A stretch of DNA of 63,975 bases, filler included, from Octopus bimaculoides (GCF_001194135.2; 5 parts of 5 records of this genome joined end to end with filler, not necessarily neighbours in it); one strand, 5' to 3'. Positions 14,677-28,110 are shown, counted from the whole stretch's first letter. Notes: generated by a model not told the origin, from the letters alone. Translations and numbers: made by a program.

Positions 14677-14860
14677 GGCGGCGAACTGGCAGAATCGTTA
14701 GTACCTCAGGCAAAATGCTTAGTGGCATTTCGTCCGTCTTTACGTTCTGAGATCAAATTCTGCCGAAATCAATAAAATAAGTACCAGTTGAGCGCTGGAG
14801 TCCATGTAATTAAATTAACCTCTCCCGTGAAACTGCTGGCCTTCGGCCAAAATTTGAAAT
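14677..14860 (+). mobile_element. SINE family A (internal deletion)
   Basis: Head GGCGGCGAACTGGCAGAATCGTTAG and tail GGCCAAAATTTGAAA. Confidence 0.85.
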
Positions 14861-15918
14861 AATTATTTACACTATTTCACAATATACACCAGGTTGTACT
14901 GCTTCTTTTATCATGTTTGCATCAGTGACCTTTCTGCTGTATAGCTTGCTTGCAGCATGTTAGCCTGGCAACGTTAGCTTCTACATTTTATATTACCGTA
15001 TGTTATTTATCACCAAGATTTACTTTGTTCCATCTCTGCACGTGTCAGTTTGTACCCTTCGACATACCAGTTTGTACTGCTTGATCATCACTTGCTAATT
15101 TACATTCCTTGACTCACCACGTTTATTTGTATAATTTAACTTCCCAGTTGTGCCTGTATTCTTTCATTTACCGCGTATTAATTTGTACTGTTTGACTTCC
15201 AACATATTAGATTGAACCACTCCTAAAGCAAAAACACGTTCAAATTTCAAAGAACAAGTTTTTTATAACAATATAGTGGAAAATTGTCGTTTTTAGAAGG
15301 TTAAAAACATAAAACATACTCTTGTAGCTTGCACTGTGCGTTACTGAACCTGAAAGTTAAGAATGACCAATACTCTAGATGACTAATGGCTTAGATTTGA
15401 ATTAGTCACTCGTGATACAACCTATTATGTTTCATCTAGTTTAGGTTGATTTGACAAGACAATGCAAAACATCCAATCGTACGTTCAGAATGAAAAGGTG
15501 TGTGTGACTGAATTCGCTATGTGTGTGTGTTTGTGTGTGTCTGTCTGTGTGTGTGGAGGGGGGGCGTATGTGTGTGTGGGGAGGGGGGTGAGAGCTTAAA
15601 AAGCAGAAAGAATGTATATCTGCCTATTGTGAAGTTTTGATGCAGACATGGAGGACAGATATTCTTCTGAGAAATAAATAATTGATAATTAATAATTAAT
15701 AAATAATAAATAATAATCCAAAATAATCTAACTGTAAAATAGGTGACTATGTATGTGTGTGTATAAGTGCGCGTGCACCCAGGTGCTTATATACTTACAA
15801 ACACAGACACACACAGAGAAACACACATACACAAACACGCCTATAAGACGTATTTGTATATGAGAGAGTGCGTGCGTATGTGTATTGGTAAATGTATATA
15901 CACGTGTGTGTATTATTG

Positions 15919-15919
<1 letters not shown>

Positions 15920-15992
<73 letters not shown>

Positions 15993-16005
15993 ATTATTGT
16001 TATTA

Positions 16006-16052
<47 letters not shown>

Positions 16053-16054
16053 GA
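15920..16054. repeat. (ATT)n(GTT)n(ATT)n compound microsatellite at the LINE 3' end
   Basis: Read directly. Confidence 0.97.
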
Positions 16055-17135
16055 TGTTGTTTCTTTTAATCTGCATGTTTGTTACAATCGCTTGCCGAGA
16101 CACACCCAGCGTCATAGTGCGAGTTAGGGATAAAAGACGTTACAGTATGACTGAAAGCTTGGGGAGAAAAAGTAAGGGCAGTAACGAAATATCTTATAAT
16201 TATGTCTGGTCGGTTATCCTAAATCGCTATATCGGTGTTGACTGGAAAATTCCAAAGCATAGTGACGTTTTTATCTGTATCGACTGCCTTAGTGTAAATA
16301 CTATCCTACCCGATTGTGACAATTTTTGTATTCGTTTGGTGTCAGTACAGGACATGCTGATACGAGTTGGTCCATTGTTTCATCAGACGTGCCGCAGAAT
16401 CTGCATTTAGGATCAGAACCAATTTGAAGAACGTTAGTTTTGATCTTGTGCCGCCAATATGAAACCTTCAGTCTCTCCTTTCAGTCTTGAACTTCTGAAC
16501 CACTGATGAGTTGTTGGTCTACAGCAGCATTTCAACTTCAAAGAATATACTGTCGATGCAGAGGCTTCTGGCTTCATCGCTCCTCAGTTTGTTTCTGCAA
16601 GTTTTTTTTTTTTTTTGCTGTCTGCTTCATCCATTTTGTTTGTTTAATGGCATTGGTTTCAAGGTCAACAAATATTTCAGGATTAATGTGAAGTTCCCTT
16701 CTGTATTTGCAAGTTTCCTTGACAATAGAATGTCATTTTGTTGCTGCGTTCCTGTTTGCGCAACCCGCAGCATCCAGTCCTCTCTACTGGATACGTACTT
16801 GTTCATTGCTATTGTGGAGGTTTTATACCACAATCCTACCAACACCATCCCTCCTACCCCATTACTTCTATGTAGGAACAGATGATCAACGTCTGCTTTT
16901 AGGTAGTGCATGTTTTTAGATGTTAGTAGTTTTCTTGTCTTCCTGTCCAATTAATGATGTTAAAACTATATTGCACTACTGGAAGTTCCAGAGCATTAAT
17001 GTCTTCGATGCGATTTTTGGAGTTGATATCAGTTTTCAGTATGAGTCTTATTCTCCTGCAGTACTCCTTTCTCATTTTTACTTTATAATAGCATGTTGTA
17101 CACCATCTCCTTCGTTTATCCCCAGGTATTTATAA
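16055..17135 (-). mobile_element. R4/Dong-clade non-LTR retrotransposon, 5'-truncated copy 1 (RT end, CCHC, RLE)
   Basis: YKYLGINEGDG (RT motif 7), DRKTRKLLT...KADVDHLFLHRSNG, DPKCRFCGTSDETMDQLVSAC (CCHC-type), NVTMLWNFPVNTD...NRPDIII (PD motif). Many stops and frameshifts. The 3' end abuts (AAT)n/(AAC)n at 15920-16054. Confidence 0.88.
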
Positions 17136-17166
17136 CTTTTTTGTGTATCAAGTTCCTTTATTGGAA

Positions 17167-17395
17167 GGCGGTGAGTTGGCAGAATTGTTAGCATGCTTGA
17201 CGAAATGCTTAGCGGCATTTCGCCTGTCACTACGTTCTGAGTTCAAATTCCACCGACGTCGACTTTCATCTTTCATCTTGCCTTTCATATTTTCGGGTTC
17301 GATAAATTAAGTACCAGTTGATTATTGGAATTGATTTGATCAACATTCCTCCTCCCCTCAAATTCCAGGCCTTGTACCTATAGTAGAAAGGATTC
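17167..17395 (+). mobile_element. SINE family A
   Basis: Full-length match to the 53214 copy, located between the two R4-type fragments. Confidence 0.88.
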
Positions 17396-17399
17396 TCAT

Positions 17400-18465
17400 T
17401 AGTTCGTTTTACCTCTCAGAACGTTCGGTCTTGTTTGCTCTGGTGGATATAGTGAGAGCGTGCAGCAGCCTACTGTCAGAGGCCTCACAAGTTCTCTTTC
17501 CGCACATTTTAAGCTTTGATACTTGGTTTGTAATTATCGTGAGAGACATTCAACATCCATGTACCAATATCAAAATCCTAGCTGCTCTCAACAGAGCAGT
17601 TTCTTGGCCTTAATTTGTTCTCATGTCAATTCCGATTTCTTTGACATATTTCTCGAACTTGGTTGTTAGTGCTCTGAGTGCCGCTACAACTACTGAAATG
17701 ACAGACACTTTCCTCATAGTCCACATTCTTGCAATTTCGTCTTTTAGTTGTCTGTACTCTTCATTCCTTTCTAGTTCTTTGTCACTTATACAGGCATCTC
17801 TAGGTATTGCAATATCTATGATCCTGGTTTCTTCTGTCCTTTTTCTATCACAACAATATCTGGTCTCCGAGCCTCGATTAACGAGTCAGATTGGATTGTA
17901 AAATCGCACAGTATCTTATGTTCCTTGTTCTCTGTGACTCCTGGTTCCTGTTTGCACCATTTCCGTTCTCCGTTCAGGCCGTACTTTTCACATAGCCTCC
18001 AGTGGACGAACTTAGCCACGTTATCGTGCCTCCATTTGTGGTGTTTTGGGGTCAGCTTACTACACTCACTCACAATATGTGTGATTGTAAAGTTTCTACT
18101 GCCACATATCCTACACAGGGGCGCTTTGCTAGTCTTATCTATTTGGAACATGGTGTAATTAGTTCTCAAAAATTGTTCCTGGGCGCTGCATATCAATGAC
18201 TCAGCGCATTCTTTCAGATCACTTTTTCTTAGCCATTTCTAATTGTTGATCTGGTTTTTTCCTTCAATTTCTCTGAGGTATTGCCCATACAGCGGTTTCA
18301 TTTTCCAGTTGTTTACGCTTTCTTCTTCAACTTGTCTCTTAAATATTTGTGGGTGAATCACATTTTCGGTAAGTATTATATTATTATTTCTAACATCGGC
18401 AAGCAAAGATTCACTCTGCTGTTTGATGTAAAATCCCAAACTGTTCTTCTCGTTGACACAGATCT
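17400..18465 (-). mobile_element. R4/Dong-clade non-LTR retrotransposon, 5'-truncated copy 2 (different subfamily)
   Basis: WKMKPLYGQYLR, WLRKSDLK, ICSAQEQFLRTNY, PLCRICGSRNFTITHIVSEC...RHDNVAKFVHWRLCEKYGL, KILCDFTIQSDSLIEARRPDIVVI...IIDIAIP (restriction-like endonuclease). Confidence 0.9.
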
Positions 18466-19020
18466 TTCATGCCATCAAAGTGACACTAGGGTATAAATAT
18501 ACGAAGCCCAATATAGTCATCGTGACTACCCGTCTGATAAGGGTATACCAGGCACATGCATCACAACCATATGTGCGCGACATGGTAATCTCATATCAAG
18601 AAATGCAGCGCATGACCTCCCAGGTCGGGCCCAGTAAGAATTTTCTTCAGATCGAATAGCCCATCCCGCTCAAAATGTCCCTGAATAAGGTTTGTTTTAA
18701 GGATGATGAACAAAACACCCATGTTTCCATAGTTGAATCATTCAAACCCCAAAGAATTCTTCTCAACACTTGGTTATGATACTCCCCAACAACTTCTCTT
18801 TGTGATCAGAGATGCACATACTGTCAGCCACTAAGGGACATGCTCAACTGGTGAAAGTCAAATAAATGTTATGCAAATCTGAGGTATTAAGCAGAATATT
18901 TTCAGTAGCCAATCTCTTATACCAAGACAAAACAATGCACATGATAACCATCCCTATCATTTAAGTTAAGATGAGAAGCCATGAGAGCCACTGCCCGGTA
19001 CTGCATCAGGGCATTTATTA

Positions 19021-19073
<53 letters not shown>

Positions 19074-19142
19074 GATATCATCATCGTCATCATCGTCATC
19101 ATCATCATCATCATAATCATCATCATCATCGTCATCATCACT
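18466..19142 (+). mobile_element. Unclassified retroposon 3' segment with (ATT)n/(CAT)n tail
   Basis: About 550 bp of GC-richer non-coding sequence ending CTGCATCAGGGCATTTATTATC(ATT)n. I recall it as an abundant octopus repeat, but it is single-copy here and its class is not determinable. Confidence 0.5.
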
Positions 19143-19699
19143 TAAAATTAATCACTAAATACTTAGGCATCAATGGAATATTGTATACCAGACAATTTTC
19201 AATTGATTTTTAACCTCATACAAAGGTTCAAAATTTTTGACGATTCTTTATGTACAGTTCATTTAGTTCTTTCTATTGCAAAAGTAGTTATACGTACGTA
19301 ATATTCAAATTTTTTGCTCATGCATATTTTCCTACAGACTATATATATATATTAATATCGGCAATCTGTACTGATGATAAATAGATACTTTAATTTGGAA
19401 GTATTGATTTTGAAACTATAGTCTGCAGATAATCGAGGTATGTATAATTTTCACTGGTCTCGCCCGCCTGTTTTTGCTCCGCTGAATCCCTATTTGAGAA
19501 TTTTTTAAGTGAGCTTCTTCTAGCATATTGACAGACCGGTTACTGGTCAATCTTATATACACAAGTACTATAATCTTTTTAAGATCTCGAAAAAATGTTG
19601 TCCTGAACCTTCTGATTCTTTTAATGTGCTAGTTTCCTGGTATTAAATTGATATTAATTAATATCGAATTTTTACCATATTATATTAATTATATAAATA

Positions 19700-19733
<34 letters not shown>

Positions 19734-19747
19734 CATGTATAACGTGA

Positions 19748-19894
19748 AGTATATTTGCCACTTAAATGCGGCTAAACCCTAAGGGTGAATGTTACTGTTG
19801 CTTTTAGCCCCAGGAGAACATCTCCTCCAGCTGCCTATTGACACACTTTCTGTGCCCTGTCGGTATTTGCAAAGGGAAGTCATCCTTCCCATCG
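19748..19894 (+). repeat. Unclassified interspersed repeat, copy 1
   Basis: Aligns over about 145 bp with the reverse complement of 31586-31727 (GCCACTTAA...GTTACTGTTGCTTTTAGCCCCAGGAG(A/G)ACATCTCCTCCAGCTG). Confidence 0.85.
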
Positions 19895-20796
19895 TCGATC
19901 TGACGTGATACGCACGGACCGGGTTTCTGGGTATATATATAAAACAAAGGAAGTTGGAGGTCACAGAAGGCACACGGGGGATTTTTTATATAGGCAGAAT
20001 CAGACCCCATCTCCTTACACACATACGACTAATTCCTCGGTTACTGATAGTTTTGAGGAAGTGCTGTCGAGTCTTGACCATTTCGAAGACAACATATGAT
20101 GAACAAGAAGTTATAAATTACGCATAAATGTGTGTGCATGCCTGTGTGTGTAAGTGTGTGTATGTGTCTGTGTGTGTGTCCGCGTGTCTGTGTTTGTGTG
20201 CGTGTGTGTGTTTACAGAGTGTTCAGAATATTTTGATCGATTTTATTATAGACAACCAACCGGTAGGAAAGTACAGTACAGATAGTAATTGTTTCTTATC
20301 TTTTTTAATTATTTTGGGAAAGACTTAACGTGTTTAGTGAAGTAAAATGCAGATTGGCTTCAAATTTTATAAAAAAATAGTTCTGTTATTGCATACAATA
20401 GTAATTGATATACATTGTTCTAAAGTTTACTACATAAGCGTATCAAAAGCATTACTATGATTCTCTTTAAATAATTTTCTCGAGAGAGCCTTCGGAGTTT
20501 TCTTACTCTCTGCCCTTCTCTCTTTCTCTTTCCCCGCTTACAAACAAACACTCTCTCTCCCTCTCTCTCTCTCTCTCTCTTCCACTCTCTCCCTCTCTCT
20601 TCCCCTCTCTTCCCCTCTCTCCTCCTCTCTTTTTCTCCCCTCCTCCTCTCTCTCTTTCTTTCTCTCTCTCTCTCCCTCCCTCCCCATCTTTCTCTAATAC
20701 AATATTGTAATTGTTTCGTTAAAGTTGAAGATAAACTATTACCGTGGAGTAAAAAATTCTCCCTTCTGGTAAAAGGTGTGAAAAAACCATATCTGC

Positions 20797-21116
20797 CTTA
20801 TCGGATTCCCAGACGGCTGTTTCTGGCTCTTTAGCCCTACTTAATGGGAAATACCGGTGACTATAGTGAATTTGGCATTAGAAATTAAGATACGTCACAA
20901 GCGTATTTTAACTAACCTAAAGTTCGTTTCTTCCTAATCACTGGTTGGCGCTTTTTTTTTATTTGATGTTGGCAGCTTTTTTTTTATATTTGATGCTGAC
21001 TGTTTTTTTTTATAATTAAAACTACAGCTTTAATCTGCTCAGAGTTAACTCTCTTCGGTATATCCCATTGAGGAAGGCTAAAGAGACAGAAACGGCCGTC
21101 TGAGAAACCTATGGGT
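20797..21116. mobile_element. MITE-like element with about 55-60-bp inverted arms
   Basis: TTCCCAGACGGCTGTTTCTGGCTCTTTAGCCCTACTTAATGGGAAATACCG (20806-20856) versus CGGTATATCCCATTGAGGAAGGCTAAAAGAGACAGAAACGGCCGTCTGAGAA (21056-21107), with a spacer of about 200 bp. Confidence 0.75.
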
Positions 21117-21581
21117 GGGGGAGCACTGGACAGATATAATATTTTTACACCTTTTGCCATACAAGAGAATTTTTTTCTCCACGGTAACCTCAGTGACTTT
21201 GCCTTAAGATGTTAAGATGGCTCAGACATATTTTAACTAACATAAAATTCATTTATATATGGGTGGGGGTGATTCTAGAACGATTGTGCTGCTGAGAATA
21301 CGGATGTTGTTACGTAAGTAATACGTTAACGTTCGAAACCGTGGTACACAATTCTTTATTCTATATATTTCTCATCTTGTCTTGTTCTGGTGTTTTGCGA
21401 AGTTTTTCCTGGAGAACATTATTTTTCTTTGTGGTTGGGTCGTTGGTAACCTCTTTCTAGCATATTGGATATCCACTTACTTGCCATCCCTTATACACGT
21501 GTAATACATTTTTTCTGAATTTTCAGATTTTTTTATATGCTAGTCCACTTGGTTTTAAATTGAATTAATATTCAATTTATC

Positions 21582-21621
<40 letters not shown>

Positions 21622-22055
21622 ACGGAGCAAATAATTCACGGAAAAAATCGTTTGAGAAGATATTATTGACTGAGTTATTATCTAGTGCAACAATTTTAAA
21701 ATGATAATAACAGAATCAATAATATAGGCGATTGCAGGTCCCACAAGAAGCATGAAATACCTGAAGGATTAAAACCAATCAAAAGACATACTAAGCATGT
21801 CTACCTGCTGAAAATAACAGTAAAAACTCTTATTTAAATCACCAAAATCCACTGATAATAACTACAGAAATCAACTGTCCGAAGGCAAACGGGTTAAGAC
21901 AATCTCCCAGCATACATTCAAGTATTTGGAATCACGTAGACCGGTTTCTCCACAAGCTTAATAGCCTCAGCTATTATTATAAGTGTAATTTAGCGATTTA
22001 AATAAGAGTTTTGACTGTTATTTCCAGAAGGTAGACATACTTTGTATGTACCTTG

Positions 22056-22094
<39 letters not shown>

Positions 22095-22792
22095 CAGGGT
22101 TCATTGCCCTGTCAGTTATTATCTTCTCATTAATGGTTATGTAAATATTCAAATAAGCAGCAGCTTTTATTTCACTTGTACCTGGTATGTCTTCTAGATC
22201 ATAGAATTGCAAAAATAGAAGGCGGTAATCTCTGTAAGAGCAGCTTGTACAGTATTACCTGCTCTAGGGTGGCATGTTAGAACTGTCGGGTGTCAATAAA
22301 CACTCCCCTTCTCTGACCATGATATGAAATATAAATATTTCTATTTATGGATATTGCAGGCTATTTAAGTATGCTCATTCACTCTCGAGGGTAGAGTTGG
22401 AAATTACGAATTCCAGTTGCGCCAAGCCTCATGCATCGATGACTAATTACATAAACATGCATTAGCACGTTGACAATTTTCACCCATTATCTGCTGTCAC
22501 TGATTTATCAGTGTACTAGAACAATGGGGGTTAAATTCTTGCTGTAACAAAGATGCCTCTTTTGTTTTTTTGTTTTTTGTTGTTTTTTTTTCTTCTCATC
22601 GCCTCCGAATGTCTGAAGATATGGACGCGTTTTCACGTCCACGAAAATGGGGCGTTAAGTCGACTTGTTACTTAATAAATATATTTCCAGCTATATGTGT
22701 TGAGTGCTACTTTTGTTCATTTGTTCACTCATTCGTATATAAACATGTGTGTGTGTGTACGTGTGTCTGTACGTATATACATGCACATACAA

Positions 22793-22825
<33 letters not shown>

Positions 22826-25276
22826 NNNNNNNNNNNNNNNNNNNNNNNNNNNNNNNNNNNNNNNNNNNNNNNNNNNNNNNNNNNNNNNNNNNNNNNNNNN
22901 NNNNNNNNNNNNNNNNNNNNNNNNNNNNNNNNNNNNNNNNNNNNNNNNNNNNNNNNNNNNNNNNNNNNNNNNNNNNNNNNNNNNNNNNNNNNNNNNNNNN
23001 NNNNNNNNNNNNNNNNNNNNNNNNNNNNNNNNNNNNNNNNNNNNNNNNNNNNNNNNNNNNNNNNNNNNNNNNNNNNNNNNNNNNNNNNNNNNNNNNNNNN
23101 NNNNNNNNNNNNNNNNNNNNNNNNNNNNNNNNNNNNNNNNNNNNNNNNNNNNNNNNNNNNNNNNNNNNNNNNNNNNNNNNNNNNNNNNNNNNNNNNNNNN
23201 NNNNNNNNNNNNNNNNNNNNNNNNNNNNNNNNNNNNNNNNNNNNNNNNNNNNNNNNNNNNNNNNNNNNNNNNNNNNNNNNNNNNNNNNNNNNNNNNNNNN
23301 NNNNNNNNNNNNNNNNNNGTGTGTGTGTGTGTGTGTGTGTGCGTGTGTGTGTGTGGACAGAGAGAGTTGAGGGAAGGTCAGAAATATTACAATTCATGGG
23401 CTTGAACTAATTACTGTAGTGAGTGAATGACACATTAGTTGCCGTAAAAAGTTAAATACACGTTTTATAAGTTAAGATTTTGTTACATTAGATAGTTCAA
23501 AACTACTTAGAAAATTTAAATGACATTTCGTCTCAGGAAAATAACGTTTGAGATATTATTGAACCGATTAAGAATCAACATCCACTACTTCTAAATATAG
23601 AGTTTCTTGTTTTTGTTTTTAATCTGAATATATACCAGACAAACGAATCCAACAAACTGTTTCGAGTAACATATACGCGTACAGTTCTTGCCTACTTTGA
23701 CAGAATTATAACAACATGATTCTATGAACTAAGAAATATTTAATGAAGATCTTATTAATCATTTTGCTTAACTAATGTCACTGTAGAATAGACTGTACAA
23801 TACCTGTCTAAATTTATGGGTTTATAATGAAATGTTTAATGCAATTATTATTTAAAACAAAAATCAAAATAAAATATGGATACTAGTCTAATTATATTAC
23901 TCGTTAATCAAACACAGCTACTAGAGAGATCTGTAAATGAATCAGCGAAAAAAATTAATTAATTAATTAATTAAGAGATTAGAACTTCAAATAATGAATC
24001 TCAAAGTGTTCCTTTTGTTTTCGGGTCACCATATACTAATGACTAATGAGAGTATGAAAATATATTAACACTACATCTCCAAAAAGCATGAATTATATCT
24101 GGAACAATGTTTTAAAAAAATGTGAAGATTATGTGTTTGAAGTAGGATTCTGAATAGTTTCTTTTACAATATTTAAATAAACATTTAAACTGGTTGAATG
24201 AAAAACGTTTTCAACCTGGTGATGTGTCATGATAAATATCACTGCACACGCACTTTCCTGTTTTGTCGTTCAGAAAATCATAGAGCTTGAGAAGAGTCAG
24301 ACTCTATGAAAATTGTAAATCCTTTCACGGACAGTTGACGCCGAATTGTCCACCGTGTAATTACTGTTACTCTTGCGTTAAGTGCTACTTTTTATTTCAG
24401 TTCACAGTTAACAGCCTAGTGTGTAGTTGTCTCCGACATTCAGAACTATACATGAATATCGAGTCGCCGTTTTCACATTACAACTAGTGAGCAAACTGCA
24501 TAACCTGACTGATTCGGTTCACCTGATTGAGAAAAGTGGGACAAAATCCGTAATCCGAGGAAACTGAAATGTCACACTCTCAACAACATGATTAATAAAA
24601 TCGAAGAGTTCGCTGCTGTCAATAAATTAGATTCCTGACATAGGTTAGACGGAATGTCAGAGGAAAGTAAACAAAAGTACGTTAAAATGTAAGGAGAGGA
24701 GAAAGGAAACCAACAGAACACATACATACTTATGTATGTGTATATATATATATGCGAGTAAAAATAAATACAAAAAAGGTGGGGGTTTTTGTATGATTGT
24801 GTATAGAGGAATATATTATTTAGTTTAAAAGAGTTCCAACACTGTCTGTTTTTTATGTTTTATTTATATTCCTGCAGAACCAATGTGGGGTATAGAATAT
24901 GGAATATACAATATATAATATAATATACAATATATAATATAAAATAAAATAAAATAAAAATGGATGGCACCATGAAAGAAAGTATTGAATGTAGATGAAA
25001 TATTGAGTGTTCAATATAAAGGATCAAACATATAAATATATAAATATAAATATATAAAGGCGACTCGAGTTTCAGGGCTATTTNNNNNNNNNNNNNNNNN
25101 NNNNNNNNNNNNNNNNNNNNNNNNNNNTTAATTAATTAANNNNNNNNNNNNNNNNNNNNNNNNNNNNNNNNNNNNNNNNNNNNGAACGAAATTGACACAC
25201 CTCCCCGACAAATACAAGCCACATAGACGCACTCACACAAACACACGCACACGTATACACACATATACTGTACTAA

Positions 25277-25450
25277 CAAATCGACACCAGAACTTATTCT
25301 TTGTAAGCCTAGTACTTCGGTCTCTTTTACAGAGCCACTAAGTTACGGGGACGTAAAAACACCAGCATCGGTTTTCAAGCGATGGTGGGGAGACAAACAA
25401 AAACGCACACAAACACGCGCGCACACAGACACGCGCGCGCACATACACAA

Positions 25451-25488
<38 letters not shown>

Positions 25489-25770
25489 ACACACACACAC
25501 ACACACGCATATATATATACGACAGACTTCTTTCAGTTTCCGTCTACCAAATCCACTCACAAGGTTTTCGTCTGCGCAAGGTGCCGCGCAGCGGAACTAA
25601 ACCTAGAATTATTTGGTTGGGAAGCAAGTTTGTTACCACACAGCCACGCTGTACCTTAAAAATTCGTGAACGCTGTGGTTATAGTAGAAGGCACTTGCCC
25701 AATGGGTCACACAGTGGGATTGAACCTTGAACCATTTGGTTGGGAAGTAAACTTCTCACAACACAGTCAC
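25277..25770 (-). mobile_element. tRNA-derived SINE family B (internal (CA)n) plus the head of a second copy
   Basis: TTTCAGTTTCCGTCTACCAAATCCACTCACAAGG core and TTACCACACAGCCACG head, shared with the 58494, 59167 and 62019 copies. Confidence 0.85.
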
Positions 25771-26695
25771 ATACATACATACGTACAAGTATAACCAAAA
25801 TCACACACACACACACACCCATACATACATATATATATANNNNNNNNNNNNNNNNNNNNNNNNNNNNNNNNNNNNNNNNNNNNNNNNNNNNNNNNNNNNN
25901 NNNNNNNNNNNNNNNNNNNNNNNNNNNNNNNNNNNNNNNNNNNNNNNNNNNNNNNNNNNNNNNNNNNNNNNNNNNNNNNNNNNNNNNNNNNNNNNNNNNN
26001 NNNNNNNNNNNNNNNNNNNNNNNNNNNNNNNNNNNNNNNNNNNNNNNNNNNNNNNNNNNNNNNNNNNNNNNNNNNNNNNNNNNNNNNNNNNNNNNNNNNN
26101 NNNNNNNNNNNNNNNNNNNNNNNNNNNNNNNNNNNNNNNNNNNNNNNNNNNNNNNNNNNNNNNNNNNNNNNNNNNNNNNNNNNNNNNNNNNNNNNNNNNN
26201 NNNNNNNNNNNNNNNNNNNNNNNNNNNNNNNNNNNNNNNNNNNNNNNNNNNNNNNNNNNNNNNNNNNNNNNNNNNNNNNNNNNNNNNNNNNNNNNNNNNN
26301 NNNNNNNNNNNNNNNNNNNNNNNNNNNNNNNNNNNNNNNNNNNNNNNNNNNNNNNNNNNNNNNNNNNNNNNNNNNNNNNNNNNNNNNNNNNNNNNNNNNN
26401 NNNNNNNNNNNNNNNNNNNNNNNNNNNNNNNNNNNNNNNNNNNNNNNNNNNNNNNNNNNNNNNNNNNNNNNNNNNNNNNNNNNNNNNNNNNNNNNNNNNN
26501 NNNNNNNNNNNNNNNNNNNNNNNNNNNNNNNNNNNNNNNNNNNNNNNNNNNNNNNNNNNNNNNNNNNNNNNNNNNNNNNNNNNNNNNNNNNNNNNNNNNN
26601 NNNNNNNNNNNNNNNNNNNNNNNNNNNNNNNNNNNNNNNNNNNNNNNNNNNNNNNNNNNNNNNNNNNNNNNNNNNNNNNNNNNNNNNNNNNNNNN

Positions 26696-26778
<83 letters not shown>

Positions 26779-26845
26779 GTCTCTATCTATGTGCCTGTTT
26801 GTCACTCTGTCTGCATGCCTGTCAGTCTGCATGTTTTTCTGTCTG

Positions 26846-26884
<39 letters not shown>

Positions 26885-27130
26885 CACAATCCTTTTATAT
26901 ATCTACCTATGTGTCTGTCTGTATGTCTGTCTGTCTGTCTGTCTGTCTGTACGTATGTAGGTAAGTGTGTATGTATGTATGCATGTATGTATGTATGTAT
27001 GTATGTATGTATGCATTTATGTCACTGTGTCTGCTTGTCTGTCTGACACGATGTCTATCTGTTTGTATGTCTGTCACGATATCTGACACTGTCTGCCTAT
27101 ATGTCTGTCTATCTACCTAGCTGTCAATCT
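26696..27130. repeat. (ATCT)/(GTCT)/(ATGT) compound tetranucleotide array
   Basis: Read directly. Confidence 0.95.
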
Positions 27131-27649
27131 TTTCATCTGTCTATGCATACCTGTATACATTTGTGTATGTTTCTGTTTGTATATAATATATATGTATGCG
27201 TGTATGTATGTATATTTATGATTGTGTATCTACTAGCAAGATATGTCAGCCGAATCGTTCTGCTTCATACTCTAGAAAAGGGCATGTTGGTTTACCAGTC
27301 TTGCATAAAATATGCCTGAACAGAAGGCATGGCCCTAGTGAGAATCCCTTTCATCGTATCGGTTTGACTTATCCGGTTTGAGCAACAACAACAGACAACA
27401 ACAACAAACACCGATACTAATGCGCATGTAACATCACGATTACCACTACTAGCACGACTATTATTATTACTACTACTCTACGTGAGGACTGAGAGTAGCT
27501 GCTTCTGCTGAATATAGCAACCAACTTCCCACAGGTACAGCCATCTCTCACTTGCGAACCAATATGATTTCACCTCTATCATGCTTTCAGCAATTGTTTT
27601 CGGTGCTTATATTGAGAAGAAGTTATAGATATCATTTCGACTCCTTTAA

Positions 27650-27855
27650 CCTCTACCCAGCAGAATACTTGAATTGTAACAGCTTGGAAGCGCGGAGAGG
27701 GCTACATCAGTCCCTGGCAAGTAGACATTACAGCCGATTAAACTGAAGCAACGCGGAATGAAGACCCTTGCTCGAAGACATAAAATGCACCCTGGTCGAG
27801 AAATCGAACCCAAGATTTTGTGATCATTAACCGCGCACGGTAGCCAGTAGGCCAG
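27650..27855 (-). mobile_element. SINE family C, decayed
   Basis: Minus strand GGGTTCGATTTC (B-box-like) followed by GAGCAAGGGTCTTCATTCCGCGTTGCTTCAGTTT. Confidence 0.6.
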
Positions 27856-27910
27856 AAATGCATAACACTGTGTGTCTGAATATTAATAATAATTATTATT
27901 ACTATCATAG

Positions 27911-28110
27911 TTTTAGCACGCTGGACGAAATGTTAGCGGTATTTCGCCCGTCGCTACGTTCTGAGTTCAAATTCCGCAGAGGTTGACTTTCCTTTCATAC
28001 TTTCGGGGTCGATAAATTAAGTATCAGTGAAACCTGGAGTCGATATAATCGACTAGTCTCCAGCCCACATAGTTGAAGCCTTGTACCTCTAGTAGAAAGG
28101 ATTATTATTA
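27911..28110 (+). mobile_element. SINE family A
   Basis: TTAGCACGCTGGACGAAATG...CTGAGTTCAAATTCCG...GTAGAAAGGATTATTATT. Confidence 0.88.

Noticed and set aside
15767-16410. Poly-N, poly-L, poly-I and poly-Y/C ORFs (also 38909-39424, 48330-49038 and the many HTHT, YIYI and LSIY ORFs)
   Set aside because: These are translations of tri-, di- and tetranucleotide microsatellites on all frames.
21880-21900. GGGTTAA resembling a piggyBac terminus
   Set aside because: No matching TTAACCC end was found nearby.
25084-25183. TTAATTAATTAA islands inside gaps (25128-25139, 54164-54175, 60675-60686, 62717-62728)
   Set aside because: Each is 44 N + 12 nt + 44 N = 100 nt, and the 12-mer is a palindrome with stops in all six frames. 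It is a scaffolding linker, not biology.
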